The notes: a model not told the origin generated them from the sequence alone. Counted from the first letter of the stretch, positions 1 to 13,901 are shown. The stretch is DNA of 64,000 nt from Eledone cirrhosa (GCA_964016885.1 CAXHJY010001342.1:133583-197582), one strand, 5' to 3'. A program made the numbers and translations.

Positions 1-260
1 ATATATATATATATAGTTTTGCGAGGTTTTTGATATGAAATCGTGTGTCGAAACAAATATTGTTATACTTGGGGAGCGTCATATTTGTGTAATAATATTG
101 CCAGAATTAATAACAGAGCACACTCACTCTTTGGTTGGTTTTCGCTTCTGTGTCTTTTATATCGGTTAATTTAATTTATTCGGTCCTCAATGTTACCATT
201 GACTGACTAACGGTAAAAAATACAGATACGATATAGACACAAACACATATATATAGTCTA

Positions 261-300
261 ACAAAGTTCTTTCGTTGCACATCTGCAACATCGTCAGTGG
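261..300 (-). ncRNA. Type I hammerhead ribozyme motif in PLE 3' pLTR
   Basis: Minus strand reads CTGACGA t gttgca gatg tgcaac GAAAG aa CTT. Stem I is weak. Confidence 0.65.
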
Positions 301-579
301 TGCTATTATGTTTCTTCCTGTTGTATTGTATGCCAACGCCATCTTTATTTAGTCTGTTTATTTATTTTTTTTTGTCTTCTCTGCGCATGCGTTTGCGTGT
401 GTGTATAGTGTTTGATGTGTGTTCGTGTTTGGGTGACTGTGTATTGGTTATTGTATTATATCTTAGTTTACTAGTGTGTGTTTATATGTGTTTGTTGTTA
501 TTGTGCTCGTGTATGTATTTATTTATTTATTTATACTTCTCTTAGGTCAGTATTGTTTGTTTGGGTGTTGTTATTCCAT

Positions 580-2395
580 TCATTTTTTTCTGTTTAGCCT
601 TGGCCTTCTAAGTTCTATTTCGCTGGCCTCTCTGATTTGCCTATCTGCTGGGTCATTTCTATGTTTAGATATTATTCCAATTTCTATGTTGTCTATGTTA
701 CTGTTGTGTTGTTGTCTAGCATGTTCGTATAGTACTGAACCGTTTTTTCGTCCTTTTAGTTCTCCCCAGTGTTGGTCTATCCTTTCACCTATGCTACGAG
801 CTGTCTCGCCTATGTATCTTGTTGTCATGTTTCTGCAAGTACCCTCTGTACATCTTATGCTATAGACTACGTTTCTAGTTTTACAGTTTATCCGGGGGTT
901 CACCTTACATATGATACATTTCCTATTGGTACAGTGGGTTTTCTTAAAAGGGTAGGTTTTGTTGATCAGGGATTTTATGGTGGTTCCTGGCTTTTCTACC
1001 ACCTTTATTTTTAAGTGGGTCTTTCTCAGGGCCTTTCTACACTGGTTAGCTAATTTCCCTCCAGGGGTAGCGTCCACAAACATGACACTCTGGTATCTCT
1101 GGTTGTCGTACCATGAGGTGGCTTTCCCTATCTTATGTCTAGCCCTATCTAAGCTATTCCATGATTTGCTCCTGTATAATGGGCAAATTCCTTTCATGTC
1201 CAGTTCTATGAGGGTCTAATACTTCTCAGTGGCTCCTTCGTATACTCTGATTCTGTCTCTTTGGTTGTAGCCAGAGAACTGCATGCGGTTGATGAAGTGT
1301 TGGATGTGTCTTTCCATTTCTGTTGGGTCACAGATGCGGGACACGTTCTTAATCACTCGTACCAAGTCTGCGATCAGAATATTAAACTTAGCAATACTGG
1401 ACATTGCTGAGTTTTGAGTATCAGGTATTTGGAGGCTATGGGTTTAGCGTAGTGTGAGTGGAGAATTTGGGCTCTCTCGTCTATAGTGTTAATCCAGAAT
1501 TCCGTCTCTAATACAGGTAGTCTATTGTTAGGGTGTTTGGAAGGGTAGTCGATAGTTACAGTTATACTCTGGTGTATGGAATTAGCTATCTGCTGGATGC
1601 TTTCCATTGTGCTACGTTCTAATCAAACTTGTTAGTACTCTCTTGTGGGGATGTCCTTATTACTATATTGATGTCGTCTACGTAACGAGAGTACATGAGG
1701 TCTATGGAGCTCTCATCAAGGAGATCTTTTATTTTCCTTTCCCACCATAAAAATGTTGGCAACTTCACCAGCTATGCTGACGCCAATGGCTGCTCCCTCA
1801 TTTTGGGTGTAGATCTTCTCGTTGAATTTGAATATGTGGCCCTTTAGGTTAGTTTTGATACTAGCCCCTATTGCATGTGCGCCCATTTTTCTTACCTGAT
1901 CATTGTTTTGGGGGGTCCGTATAGCTTTGGTCCACCCAATCCACCTTCCCATGGGAGTCTTTTTTGCCATTGAGGTTTTGGTGGTGGGGGGCGGGGTCTA
2001 CCTCTTATGGGTCTACTGGGGCAGAAACGCCTAAGGTCATGGCTGTCTAGGTAGTCAGTGTCATAGGTAAGTCTAAGTAGGAGGCCCAGTTCGTATGTGT
2101 CGACGTCGCAGAACTCCACCTCACTCTCAATGATCATCTCCACACATTTTTCCACAGCAAAATCAATGTTAGTGGATAGGTATAGTGACACCACATCCAT
2201 GCTGCCTATTATGCAGTTGGATAGGCTCCTGTTTTTGTTGCACTCACTGATTCCGCTGAGGAGGACCTCTGTACTGTCACATACATCTGGGGACATCTTG
2301 ATTATTGGGCGTATAACCATTGAGAGGAAGTAGGAGATCCTGTAGTTGCTAGCTATATTTGCTCCGCATACAGATCTTGTTATTATTTCTGGCAA
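580..2395 (-). pseudogene. Frameshifted PLE RT + GIY-YIG endonuclease ORF
   Basis: Motifs IGSMDVVSLY, QNEGAAIGVSIAGEVANIFM, LMYSRYVDD (about 1670-1700), RLPVLE, and VVYSIRC..C..YIGETARSIGERIDQH, spread over several frames. Confidence 0.85.
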
Positions 2396-2404
2396 TATTA
2401 TTAC

Positions 2405-2469
<65 letters not shown>

Positions 2470-2709
2470 TGCATATACATATATATATGTATATATATAT
2501 ATATAGTATTAGTTATACTATTTATGGTTATGTAAATACAAAACCTTAAGCAGTTGTAAGTATTTTACACACACCCTAAATAGTGGTAGGCAGTAATGTA
2601 TTACTACCTTATTACCAGTAAGTTAAGTAGCTCAATGTAAAAACATCAGATGATTTACAGAGCAGTTATATGAAATATAAGAATCAAAGAACTGTTCAAA
2701 ACATTATTG

Positions 2710-2756
2710 TGCTTACAGCTGTTTCCTCCAAACCGAGGTTTGGTTTCTTCGGAGCA
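2710..2756 (-). ncRNA. Hammerhead motif (CCGAAGA core variant), inverted pLTR copy
   Basis: Exact reverse complement of 7320-7366. Confidence 0.6.
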
Positions 2757-4442
2757 ATTTATTAATGCATGGACAGTTATATGACCTCCTTTTCAGCCGA
2801 GAGACATACCAATACATATTCAAACATTGATACATATTCAAACATTGTGGGTCAACATTCATTACAGAATTTAGAGTGGCAGTACACACTTCGAGATTAC
2901 ATTTATATAAATAGGTACAATCAAAAATCAAAGATATAGGTTAAAGTACAACATGAAGATAAGCGGTTATATAGTGCAAATGTTATATGTGTGGCACGCA
3001 TGTGCGTCTTGTTTATATAGTGTGGCAGAGAGATATGTGTGGTAGAGGCACTTAGGTAGGTAAATAAGAGTGTTAGGTTGGTAGATCTGGTGGCAAATTC
3101 TTTATATGATTGATATAGTCTGTGTGTGGAGAAATATTATAAGCATTAAAGATAGTGCACGCATTAAAAGTGTTATAAGTAATAGAGCTGCACAGCGCAG
3201 GGATGTCAAGTATTTCATGTACTTCGGCATTTTCATGGTCAGGGGGTATATTTTTCGATTATATGCCCTTCACATAATCCACGACAATCCAGTTAGAGAT
3301 CGTAGTCCGGTGTTCTTTAGTTCGAATCAGGAGGTTGTTACGTTTCTAGAAACGCCATTGAATATCGCCCGGAAGTGTGTGTGTGGCTAAGGGGAGTTAA
3401 TGCATGCGGGGAGGTAACTCTGGGGTTTCTGTATCTAGCCATTAAAATGTGTCCCAATATAGACCCTAAATTCTATGGTGATGCGCATCTTCCAAGAGAG
3501 ATTTTTAAAGCATAAAGTGTATTAACTATAGAGTAGTTTAATTAAGTTATGCTGAAGGTGATCATATTATTATGGTGGATTAACCCATCTTAAGGTGCCA
3601 CAAATGGAAATTATAGATGATGAGCGAGGATTCTAAATTAATGATCTCTGTGGTTGTAGTCTGCTCATATGACCGGGCGCGGTGATTGCAGGCTTGCTTC
3701 AGGACCCAATGATCTCTGGTAAGATCTGGGTCATCGCTTGCTACATTTGATGTCGAAAGATAATTATGCCCAGGCCGGCCAAAGGTCAATCCGCAGTCCT
3801 CGCGACCCCTCTCTGACCGTCAGATCATCCATATACGTACAACCCGCACGGCAGTTGGAATGCATTCACCCACTGCGCTCAGCAGTCCGGTCCTACTGGT
3901 CAACAGCGCTACTCGATTAAATCATTTTACATCCGTCTAAAGAAGGTGTTTCCTCTGCACAACACTATCCAACCGATCAATTCATGCTCAAATTACCCTT
4001 AGAGCGGTGTAGTGCCGTTCAAGTGGGTGGATGTTGTCACACCTGCCGCTGAGGTATAAATGGGTATTCTCCCTGCGAAGGGTTCCAGAGGGATGTCATT
4101 GTTTGTGTTATAATGGATCAGTTAGTGTTGGGTAAGTAGTATAAGGTGTGTCTCTGGTGTTTGATGCTAGATGTGGTGTTAGGTTCCAGTCCGACATTGC
4201 TATATATTGGGCTTAAAGTTTTGGAAGGAATGTCTGAGGCGGTGCTGGCAAGTTGCAAACACCTCAGATTTTTTGTTAAGTAGGTTACGGTTGGAGAAGA
4301 TAATATTGTGAGTCTCTAGTATACAGAGGTTACAGAATTTATTAGGTGGTTTGTACGAGGTCGCGCTTCCTATCACTTCCCATTTGAGTGTGTATGGTTT
4401 ATTTTTAGATTTTAGATAGTGTATGTAGCTAGAAAGTCAACC

Positions 4443-6870
4443 ATGTCAACCAAGAACATACCAATACCATCCAGGAATACATATGAGAAATTGCTGATCA
4501 ACAGTGTAAATTCATTTATCAATAGAGTAAGATGGAGGACATTCCATTATGATAGAAACAAATCTAAAAACTTGAATAATACTAACAATTTTGACTCCTT
4601 CGGCTTTAAAACCTTTAAAAGCCCCCCTCATAACACTCTACTTAACTCCTTTGAAAATGACCTAGTTAAACTAGTTAAGAACATTAAATACAATAAGCAC
4701 CATATTAAAAGCAACACCTTCTTAAACAAACTTAACACTTCTATTAATGGATTCAAAACTAGTAATAAAATTATTGTACACGCAGATAAAACTAATAACA
4801 TATACAGCCTAGATTATAATACTTATAGAAAGTTTATTTATAATGAACTATATAAAAGCTACAAAAAAACCACCTTGAAAAACTTAGAAGATATTAATGT
4901 AGAGGGCTATAAGATAGTGTCTAAACTAGGACTACAGAGGCATACACAACCTTTCACTCCGAACCCCCCTAGATTCTCTCTGAAGGACCATAAGGAGAAC
5001 TTCATCAGCAACCCCACGATAAGACTTATCTGCCCTTCCAAGTCCGACATTGGTATTATCAGCAAGAAGATTTTGGATAAAATCATCCCACAAATTAAAC
5101 ACAAGATACACCTTAAACAATGGGGAAATACGGGTGAAGTAATTGAATGGTTCAAGGATATCAAGAATAATAAGAACAAAAAATTTATTCAATTTGATAT
5201 CAATTCGTACTACACCTCTATTTCCCCTATCCTATTAAATAAGGCACTTATCATGGCCATGACCAATAGCGACCTGACTAGAGCCCAGGTTGATGTCATC
5301 CTTGCGGCCCGTAAAACCATAATCACCTTTGAGGACCAACTATGGACACGCAAGGATACGCACAACAACTTCGACATAACCATGGGATCTAGTGACTCGG
5401 CGCAGGTCACGGATTTGGTCGGCCTATACCTCCTCAACGAAATCCATAAGGACCTCCCTTACCTCAACGGTAGTTTGTACCACGATGATGCACTTCTACT
5501 TATAGAATATAAAAAATTTAATATAGAAAGAACTAGAAAACAACTGCATAAGACATTCAAAAACTTTAACCTTAGTATCACCATGGACAAAAACACTAAA
5601 AATGTTAACTTCCTAGACGCCACACTATACCTAGACTCAAAAATATATACACCTTTCCACAAGCCTAATGAGAAACTTATTTACGTAGATACCAAGTCTA
5701 ATCACCCTAGATCAATATTAAACTATATCTCTGTCCAATAGAATCTCTAGTCTGTCCTATGACGCAAACATATTTAGCAAAAACTCACAATATTACAATC
5801 AAGCATTAGCTAACTCCGGCCATAATATAGAAATTGAGTTCCTACCTAAGAAAACACATAGCTACAACATCATCTCGCACAACATGTCCATGAGGAAATC
5901 TAATAATAGGAATAGCAACCACAAGTGCACCAAAGCGGAGGGTGCCACCGGAAGTAACCATTACCATGGAAACTACTGTGGGGCCTTAGGAGGAAGCAAC
6001 ACACCAAACACTAAAAGCAAAAATAGAAGAAGAAATAATACATTTTTCAACCCTCCTTTCAACCTAAATGTCTCCACCAACATACCTAGGGCTTTCTTCT
6101 AACTACTAGATAAAAACTTCCCTCTAGGACATAAGTACCACAACCTCTTAAACAAAAACACCATTAAAATCTCATACTCTACGACGCCTAACTTAGCATA
6201 CCACATAGCTAGCAGCAATAATAGTAAAATTAGTTCTTACTTCCAACAAACAAAATCACAACGGGATGCAAACCCTCTAAATACCACTGTAGCAAGCAAC
6301 CATAGCAACGGCAGTAACAATAGAAATAACACTAGTATAAGTAATAACACCAGGGTTGTCAACCCGAACACCCAAAATCCTATATCTACCACACGGACTT
6401 CCGCATTGCATCATAACCAGCCGACTAACACACAGGATAATTGTAACTGTAGAGCTAATAGAACCTGCCCTTTAGATAAAAAATGCCTAACCAAGGATGT
6501 CATATACTCATGCACCGTCACGACTAATAACTCTTCAGAAACCTATGCAGGCTCCACTTCTAACTGCTTCAAAATCAGATATAATTCGCACATCCACTCG
6601 TTCAAAAAGCACAGCCTAGCCAACTCCACCTCACTTTCTAGCTACATACACTATCTAAAATCTAAAAATAAACCATACACACTCAAATGGGAAGTGATAG
6701 GAAGCGCGACCTCGTACAAACCACCTAATAAATTCTGTAACCTCTGTATACTAGAGACTCACAATATTATCTTCTCCAACCGTAACCTACTTAACAAAAA
6801 ATCTGAGGTGTTTGCAACTTGCCAGCACCGCCTCAGACATTCCTTCCAAAACTTTAAGCCCAATATATAG
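4443..6870 (+). pseudogene. PLE RT + GIY-YIG ORF with a frameshift near 5730 and an in-frame stop at 6100
   Basis: STKNIPIPS, LKDHKENF..NPTIRLICPSKS, FDINSYY, MGSSDSAQV, LYHDD, NFLDATL, FFNPPF, CNCRANRTCPLDKKC, VIYSC..TYAGST, CNLC. Confidence 0.88.
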
Positions 6871-7319
6871 CAATGTCGGACTGGAACCTAACACCACATC
6901 TAGCATCAAACACCAGAGACACACCTTATACTACTTACCCAACACTAACTGATCCATTATAACACAAACAATGACATCCCTCTGGAACCCTTCGCAGGGA
7001 GAATACCCATTTATACCTCTGCGGCAGGTGTGACCACACATATCTCTCTGCCACACTATATAAACAAGACGCACATGCGTGCCACACATATAACATTTGC
7101 ACTATATAACCGCTTATCTTCATGTTGTACTTTAACCTATATCTTTGATTTTTGATTGTACCTATTAATATAAATGTAATCTCGAAGTGTGTACTGCCAC
7201 TCTAAATTCTGTAATGAATGTTGACCCACAATGTTTGAATATGTATCAATGTTTGAATATGTATTGGTATGTCTCTCGGCTGAAAAGGAGGTCATATAAC
7301 TGTCCATGCATTAATAAAT

Positions 7320-7366
7320 TGCTCCGAAGAAACCAAACCTCGGTTTGGAGGAAACAGCTGTAAGCA
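7320..7366 (+). ncRNA. Hammerhead motif (CCGAAGA core variant) in 3' pLTR
   Basis: tgct CCGAAGA aa ccaaac ctcg gtttgg ag GAAAC agct GTA agca. Stems I and II and a palindromic stem III are present. Confidence 0.6.
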
Positions 7367-7396
7367 CAATAATGTTTTGAACAGTTCTTTGATTCT

Positions 7397-7524
<128 letters not shown>

Positions 7525-7550
7525 TATACACATATATATATGTATATGCA

Positions 7551-7599
<49 letters not shown>

Positions 7600-7681
7600 G
7601 TAATAATATTGCCAGAAATAATGGAATAATTGCCTTATGTTGTTTATTACATAATAATAAATATATATATATATATATATA

Positions 7682-7890
7682 TTTATTATTATGTAATAAA
7701 CATCATAAGGCAATTATTCCATTTACCAGTGGTGGTTTCTTAAAAGCAAAAGATTTTGCTTTCAATCCTCAGAATGAAAAAATCCTGGTCTGTTTATTGA
7801 ATTTGGATTTGGATATAAGAAAAAAAAAAATATATATATTAAAAATTTTTGACACCGTTACAGAAGGCAGCTAACTGGACAGATACGCGT
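7682..7890 (-). mobile_element. Solo/tandem pLTR of the 8350-10928 PLE family
   Basis: 7703-7792 is homologous to 8373-8460. Confidence 0.7.
7720..7776 (-). ncRNA. Canonical type I hammerhead ribozyme
   Basis: catt CTGAGGA ttgaaagcaaaa tc ttttgcttttaa GAAAC caccactg GTA aatg. Confidence 0.8.
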
Positions 7891-8388
7891 GGTAAGCAAT
7901 ACACACAAATGCACGTATACATACGTACGAAATAGTAAATACATACACACACTCTCACACATAAATATACATATACAAATACATAAACACATACATACAC
8001 ATACATGCACAAACACGCACACGTATACAATACATACATACACATATGTATATGTAATTATATACACACACATATATATATATATATACATAAATATAAA
8101 CATACACACACACATATATGTATACATACACACACATATACATACATAGCTATACAATCATACACATACAAATACGTACATATCATAAACACGCACAACC
8201 AAATACAAACACACACACACACATACATATATATATATACACACACACACATATATATATATATACACATATATATACACATACACACACACATACATGT
8301 GTGTGTGTAAAACTCAGTCTTGGATAATTCATATGAACCTTACATATATATAGTAGTAAAGTAATAAATCAACATAAGGCAATTATTC

Positions 8389-8442
8389 CATTCACCAGTG
8401 GTTTCTTAAAAGCAAAAAAAATTTTCTTCCATCTTCAGAATG
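8389..8442 (-). ncRNA. Hammerhead motif, probably inactive (GTG at cleavage site)
   Basis: catt CTGAAGA ... GAAAC cactg GTG aatg. Paralog of 7720-7776. Confidence 0.65.
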
Positions 8443-8734
8443 TAAACAAACCTGGTCTATCCACATATACAACCATATACACACACAAATATATATATAT
8501 ACATACATATACATACACACACATACATATATATATATATATACACACAAATATACATACACATACACATAGGTATGTGAAGGGCAAGGCAAAAAGAATA
8601 AATGGGGGGGGGGGGGGGTAGGAAAAGGTGAAATATAAGGGGAGGTAAGGGAGAAAAAAATAAATATACAGGAGTACAGAACGTAGAATCAGCAAAATAA
8701 AAACCGTAGCAGAAGTAAAGAGCAGAGAAGGAGT

Positions 8735-10742
8735 TCAAGGCGGTTGATTTATCACAGGAGTGTCAATCCAGTTACAGATCAGATGCGATTTCAGATGAGG
8801 ACAGCATCTGAAGATCTCAGTCTGTGAGTTAAGGCAAGCGGAAGTGGATCTCAAGTTTAGCAAAATCCTATACTTTTCTGTGGTACACAAAGAACAATTC
8901 TTTGTGCCCCTTTGGTACTCCCTCAAATGGTCTAATATAGACCAATCAATAGAGTACGGGATGTTACTATCCTTGAGTTCCCACACCTTACTTGCGAGGG
9001 CCGTTGATGTTCGTTTATCGGAGTGCTTAAAAGAAGCGACATGTGAGTAAAATCTGGTTTTAAATCTGTCCTGGGTCATACCGACATATCGCTCACTCCT
9101 GGCTGGCTGGTTGTTGATTACCGGTGTTATCTTAGCCTCATAAACAACAGATTTGGTGTTACATTTACCCTGCAATGGGCATTCATCCGGCTTCCTGCAA
9201 CTGCATCCTGGATTTATTCTCGTATGGTTTGAACTGGTGATTTTGGACTTCATAGATGGGCAACAAGAGTAGCTGATCTTAACTACGTTCCTATTAAATA
9301 TCTTATAATATCTATGATTAGGAGGAAAATGTTTGTCTAATAGTTCAAGGAATTTCCTTCCTACATTAGTTTTGACAGTTAGAGAGAAGGGGGGTGTGAA
9401 CCAATGTCTATAGACGAAGATAAAGTAGAAATCCTACGGCTAATGTTAGGAATAAGATTATTAAAAACTATAGGGGGATGGCAAGACTCTTTGTGTATAT
9501 ACCTAAGATTTTCATTAGGTTTATGATAGGGTTTAAAAGAGGCAGTAAGTAGATCAAGATTAATATCAAGAAAGTTAGCATTAGTAAGGTTCGTATCTAT
9601 AGTGATTTTAAGGTTAAGATTAGCAAAAGTATTGATTAAATCTTTACGGAATTTATCAAGGTTATGGCCGTTGGTGGTATGAGAAACTGCTAATCCGTCA
9701 TCACGGTATAAACCGATATTATGGGACGGAAATTTCTCTTTGAGGGTGTGGAGAAGGAATAATCCTACTAAGTCACACACATCCGCACTGTCATATGAAC
9801 CCATTGCAACATCAAAAGAGTTTTCAGAGTTTGACTTTTTAACCCAAATATTATCATTAGTAAAAAGTAAAGTTTTTCTAGCATCAAAGATAATGTCTTC
9901 TTCTAATTTAGAAATATTAATGAAGGGTCTTGCAAAATCTAAGGCATTAGTTAATAAGGAAACAGTAATAGATGGGTAAAAATCGACAATATCAGATTGG
10001 GTAAATCTACACTTATTTTTACCTTGTATATTATTGAACCAAGAAATAACAGAGGAAGTATTTAGCCACTGTGATAGGTCAGTGTTAGTTCTAATTTGGA
10101 GAATTATTTTTCTTAAGATTTTCTTACTTGCAAGGCCAACCTTGGATTTAGCCAGGTTAATCAGTCTACAACTAGGTCGATTAGTAAAGTCCAATTTATG
10201 CCTTTAAGGGTAATATATGCTTTACGCTTAGCTAAGCTTTCAATCCGGTTATCTATTTGTAAAGAACTAGCTAGTTCTTTAGCTTCTTTATTGATCGTAT
10301 TGTAGGTATTATTATTAGTTAATTGATATTTATTGGTAATACTATTAGTTAAAAGTTGGTTATACAAAGTACTATTAACTTCAAAGAGGTTTTTAGTTTT
10401 ATCAGAAAGAACGAAAGTGTTTGTAGAATTTCTAAAATTAGAGATATCGTTATAAAGTTTAGTTTGAAAGTTATTATTGTACTTACGAAATTTGATATCA
10501 CTAATTAGATTAACGAGGTCTAATTCGAAGTTGGCCATGTCTTTAATTCTAGGTGGATATTTACGGGATTTGATGTCAAAACAATCTTTAGTATCAGCAC
10601 TGAATAGTCCATCGTAAACCATAGCCTTCCATCTCATTCTTTTAACGACTTGTTCGATTTTATCAATGAGGATTTTGGTGTAAGTTGTGTTGGAAGGAGT
10701 GGGTATATTTTTGATTGAATAATCCAATTCACAAAGATCCAT
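8735..10742 (-). pseudogene. PLE RT + GIY-YIG ORF with a frameshift near 10190 and an internal deletion/frameshift near 9405
   Basis: YSIKNIPTPS, DIVDFYPSI, MGSYDSADV, GLYRDDGL, NFLDINL, WFTPPF (shifted frame), CSCRKPDECPLQGKC, VVYEA..YVGMT, CSLC. Confidence 0.88.
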
Positions 10743-10928
10743 GGTGTATGTTGGTTAAATTTCTGAAAACTGTAGATTGCTCAACTAATCGGGCTGGAAA
10801 GTGCCAATCGTATATGTAATATAGAATATGCTTCAATCAATCCCGGTTGGAACTGTATAAATGAAGTAATTCCGTCGGAAAAGTCCAGGAAAAAAGAGTG
10901 CTCTATGTAGGTAACAGAGCTTAATTAT

Positions 10929-11330
<402 letters not shown>

Positions 11331-11367
11331 ATATAATATATATAATATATACATATATATATATATA

Positions 11368-12074
11368 TAAGGTATCTATTTTTGAAGCTCTAGTTAAACT
11401 TTATTTAGTTACCTACCTAGCTATGTGTGCTTACACACTTTTACAAATTATCCCCTGTGATTGTTTCATATGTTTATTTATATGTCAATCAATTTCTAGT
11501 TGATATAAAATGCTCGGATCTATTCATTAGAATCTTGGAGCATATTTTACGGGTGATATGGCGCATGTCTATCCGACATGACACCCTTAATTTAATTTAA
11601 TTTAATTTAATTTAATTTATCTTAATTTTGGATATATATATATATATAAATACGGCCCCTTAATTGTAGAGCTAAATCAGTTGAAAGGACTTGACTGCTG
11701 TTTCTAGTTGTCGATAACCCTATTCACGCCACCGGGACGAAGCTGGTATGATGTGTCTATTTTTAGTAAATACAGCACGTGTTACTAGCCAGTCGCTGAT
11801 TTGAATTTGATGCGTAAACACAGATGGCTGGACCTCTTCCTTGTTGAACATCCAGGACCTGGCTACTGTCGTTTACCAATCGATTAATTGGTGAAATATA
11901 TTTCTTTAATGGAATATATACAAGGAAGATTAATCATTTTATAAGGTATCTATTTTTGAAGATCTAGTTAAACTTTATTTAGTTACCTACCTAGCTATGT
12001 GTGCTTACACACTTTTACAAATTATCCCCTGTGATTGTTTCATATGTTTATTTATATGTTAATCAATTTCTAGT

Positions 12075-12080
<6 letters not shown>
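11368..12080. repeat. About 138-bp direct repeats (11368-11505 and 11941-12080), pLTR-like, between TA tracts
   Basis: Near-identical copies visible in the sequence. Confidence 0.75.
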
Positions 12081-12155
<75 letters not shown>

Positions 12156-12159
<4 letters not shown>

Positions 12160-12590
12160 GTTTAACATGCAGTTACTGTAGGTTCACCCAGGTGAACACT
12201 CGATGCGTAGATTCACGTCTGTAACGAGGTGTAGAGTGTAAATATAATAATAAAAGGACGATTTGTTATGTTTTCATTACTTTTATTGAGTAGTGACGTG
12301 CGTTTCGCTATTGATCAGCGCAAGGTTCGATCTGTATCGATCTGGCCCAACTCTGGAATCAATAGCTCGTCGGATCTCTGCTGTGGTAATGACAGAATGA
12401 ACATATAGAGCATATAAATGTCCGTAACGATTGGCATTCATTTTTGGTGGTCAGTTCCTGTTGTTTCGATTGGTTGTTTTTCTATGAGGTGGGCCAGATC
12501 GATACATATCAAACCATGAGCTGATCAATAGCGAAACGTCCGTCACTACCCAATGAACATAATGATGACATAACAAATCATCTTTTTATT
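12156..12590. mobile_element. Non-autonomous fold-back PLE remnant
   Basis: 12250-12350 is inverted relative to 12490-12590. TA flanks. HHR motif. Confidence 0.7.
12291..12377 (-). ncRNA. Hammerhead motif (CCGACGA core variant)
   Basis: CCGACGA gctattgat...atcaatagc GAAAC gcac GTC. Stem I is degenerate. Confidence 0.55.
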
Positions 12591-12609
12591 ATATATATAT
12601 ATATATATA

Positions 12610-13290
12610 CACGCGAGGGGATGATGAAATGTTTTGGGCTTTAAGTGTATCGCGAAAAGGTACAGCTGTTACTTTTCCAGGGAGGTAGGACCGCTGCAAT
12701 AAATTTGTGAATCTGAGAAGGTATAAATCAGTGTTGATTTCTCTGCTTTCAGTGCTGTGCTGTCTGAAATCGAAAAGGGCGAGGAATCCTGAGTCGGGCG
12801 TGTTCTGTACCGAGCCTGATATTTTCGTCTGCGTTGTTGAACGACTCGAATATGTGAGGATGAGGATAGCAGCCACATATCTAGTGAAGAATATGCAGGA
12901 ATTGCAGGTGATCAGCACTCTGATTCACGTATGTAAGAGATGGCCAGTAAGCCCGACAGGCTTGGTCCCATGGGTAGTTGGGGCCAAGGAAACTGAAAAA
13001 AGCGTTGTTGACAATAATGGATAGGAGCTGTCCGATGTCAGACGGAGTGAGGCCGAAACAGTGTAGATCGATGGAACAGGCGCACTCTGTGAGTATGTTA
13101 ACAGCTGGGAGCGCAGGTATCGAGGTGTACGGAGATACTACGTCTGGGCTGAAGGCCTACCTGTTGCATTTGGAGGTGTCTGGTTCTAGTTGGTTGAGTC
13201 ATTGAATGACTTCTTCCGAGCCCTTGATGTGAGCCAGGAAGGTTGTCAACATGGGATTTAATCTCTGGTATTGTAGAGGTTATCATATGC
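12610..13290 (-). pseudogene. Decayed PLE (Penelope/Poseidon-type) RT fragment
   Basis: Across frames: SPDVVSPYTSIP, LLSIIVNNAFFSF, LPMGPSLSGLLA, FTRYVAAILIL (YVDD decayed), FLALFD. Confidence 0.7.
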
Positions 13291-13329
13291 TCTGTATATT
13301 AGCTATACTCCTTTAAGAAGATCTACAAA

Positions 13330-13800
13330 AGCTTCTTTCAATATAGTAGCGAGGTAGAATGCAAGCATTACGCATTGTTGATTTGCACTATTATTAACGC
13401 TAAGTGATTTCGATATATCGTTCTTTGCACCTTCGTATAACACAGCAAAGATTATGATATTCATCTCCAGGCATCATATTCTTTCCAAGCTAGTACTTAA
13501 CATCTTTTAGTTGACGTTATCGAAAGCCTTAATAAAGCCGATGTATATCTGCATATTTTGTTTAACATTTTACCTGGAATTATCGTACCTTGAAGTCATA
13601 TTTGATTTACTTCTCTCTGGACGAAATCTGTATTGAGATTCGAATAGATAGAGTCCCGATGCTTCAGTTTACTTGATGGGTCAAAAACAGGATTATCATT
13701 GCCAGCAGCTTTCCTAGCAGTAAATAGTAGCGATATTCAGGGGTAGCTGTCATATTCTACTCCACCAGCTTTCTTGTACAGCTTTCTTGTTCAGCGTTTA
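13330..13800 (-). pseudogene. Decayed non-LTR (RTE-like) RT fragment
   Basis: QYRFRPERS and YIGFIKAFDNV motifs on the minus strand. Confidence 0.55.
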
Positions 13801-13901
13801 TATTAGCCAATTGAAAATTCGCTGGCATCTCTCTCTTGTGTTATATTAATGATTAGCTTTACTAACACTTCATTGGGTCTGTCGTGTCCGGATCCAATAG
13901 C

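Larger units (their letters stand above)
16..2410 (-). mobile_element. Penelope-like element (Neptune-like), 5'-truncated, with a short inverted 3'-end copy at its 5' junction; flanked by (TA)n
   Basis: RT and C-terminal GIY-YIG fragments lie on the minus strand. 2375-2410 is an inverted copy of 81-115. HHR at 261-300. TA tracts on both sides. Confidence 0.85.
8350..10928 (-). mobile_element. Hydra-clade-like PLE, near full length
   Basis: RT+GIY-YIG ORF, pLTR with HHR, and (TA)n at the 5' boundary. Confidence 0.88.

Noticed and set aside
30-56. HHR-like TGAAATCGTGTGTCGAAAC (also about 53885-53905)
   Set aside because: Antisense to the element, no CUGANGA core and no stems. The real motif is at 261-300.
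3044-4035. Spliced intron explaining the difference between pLTR copies
   Set aside because: The boundaries are not GT-AG on either strand.
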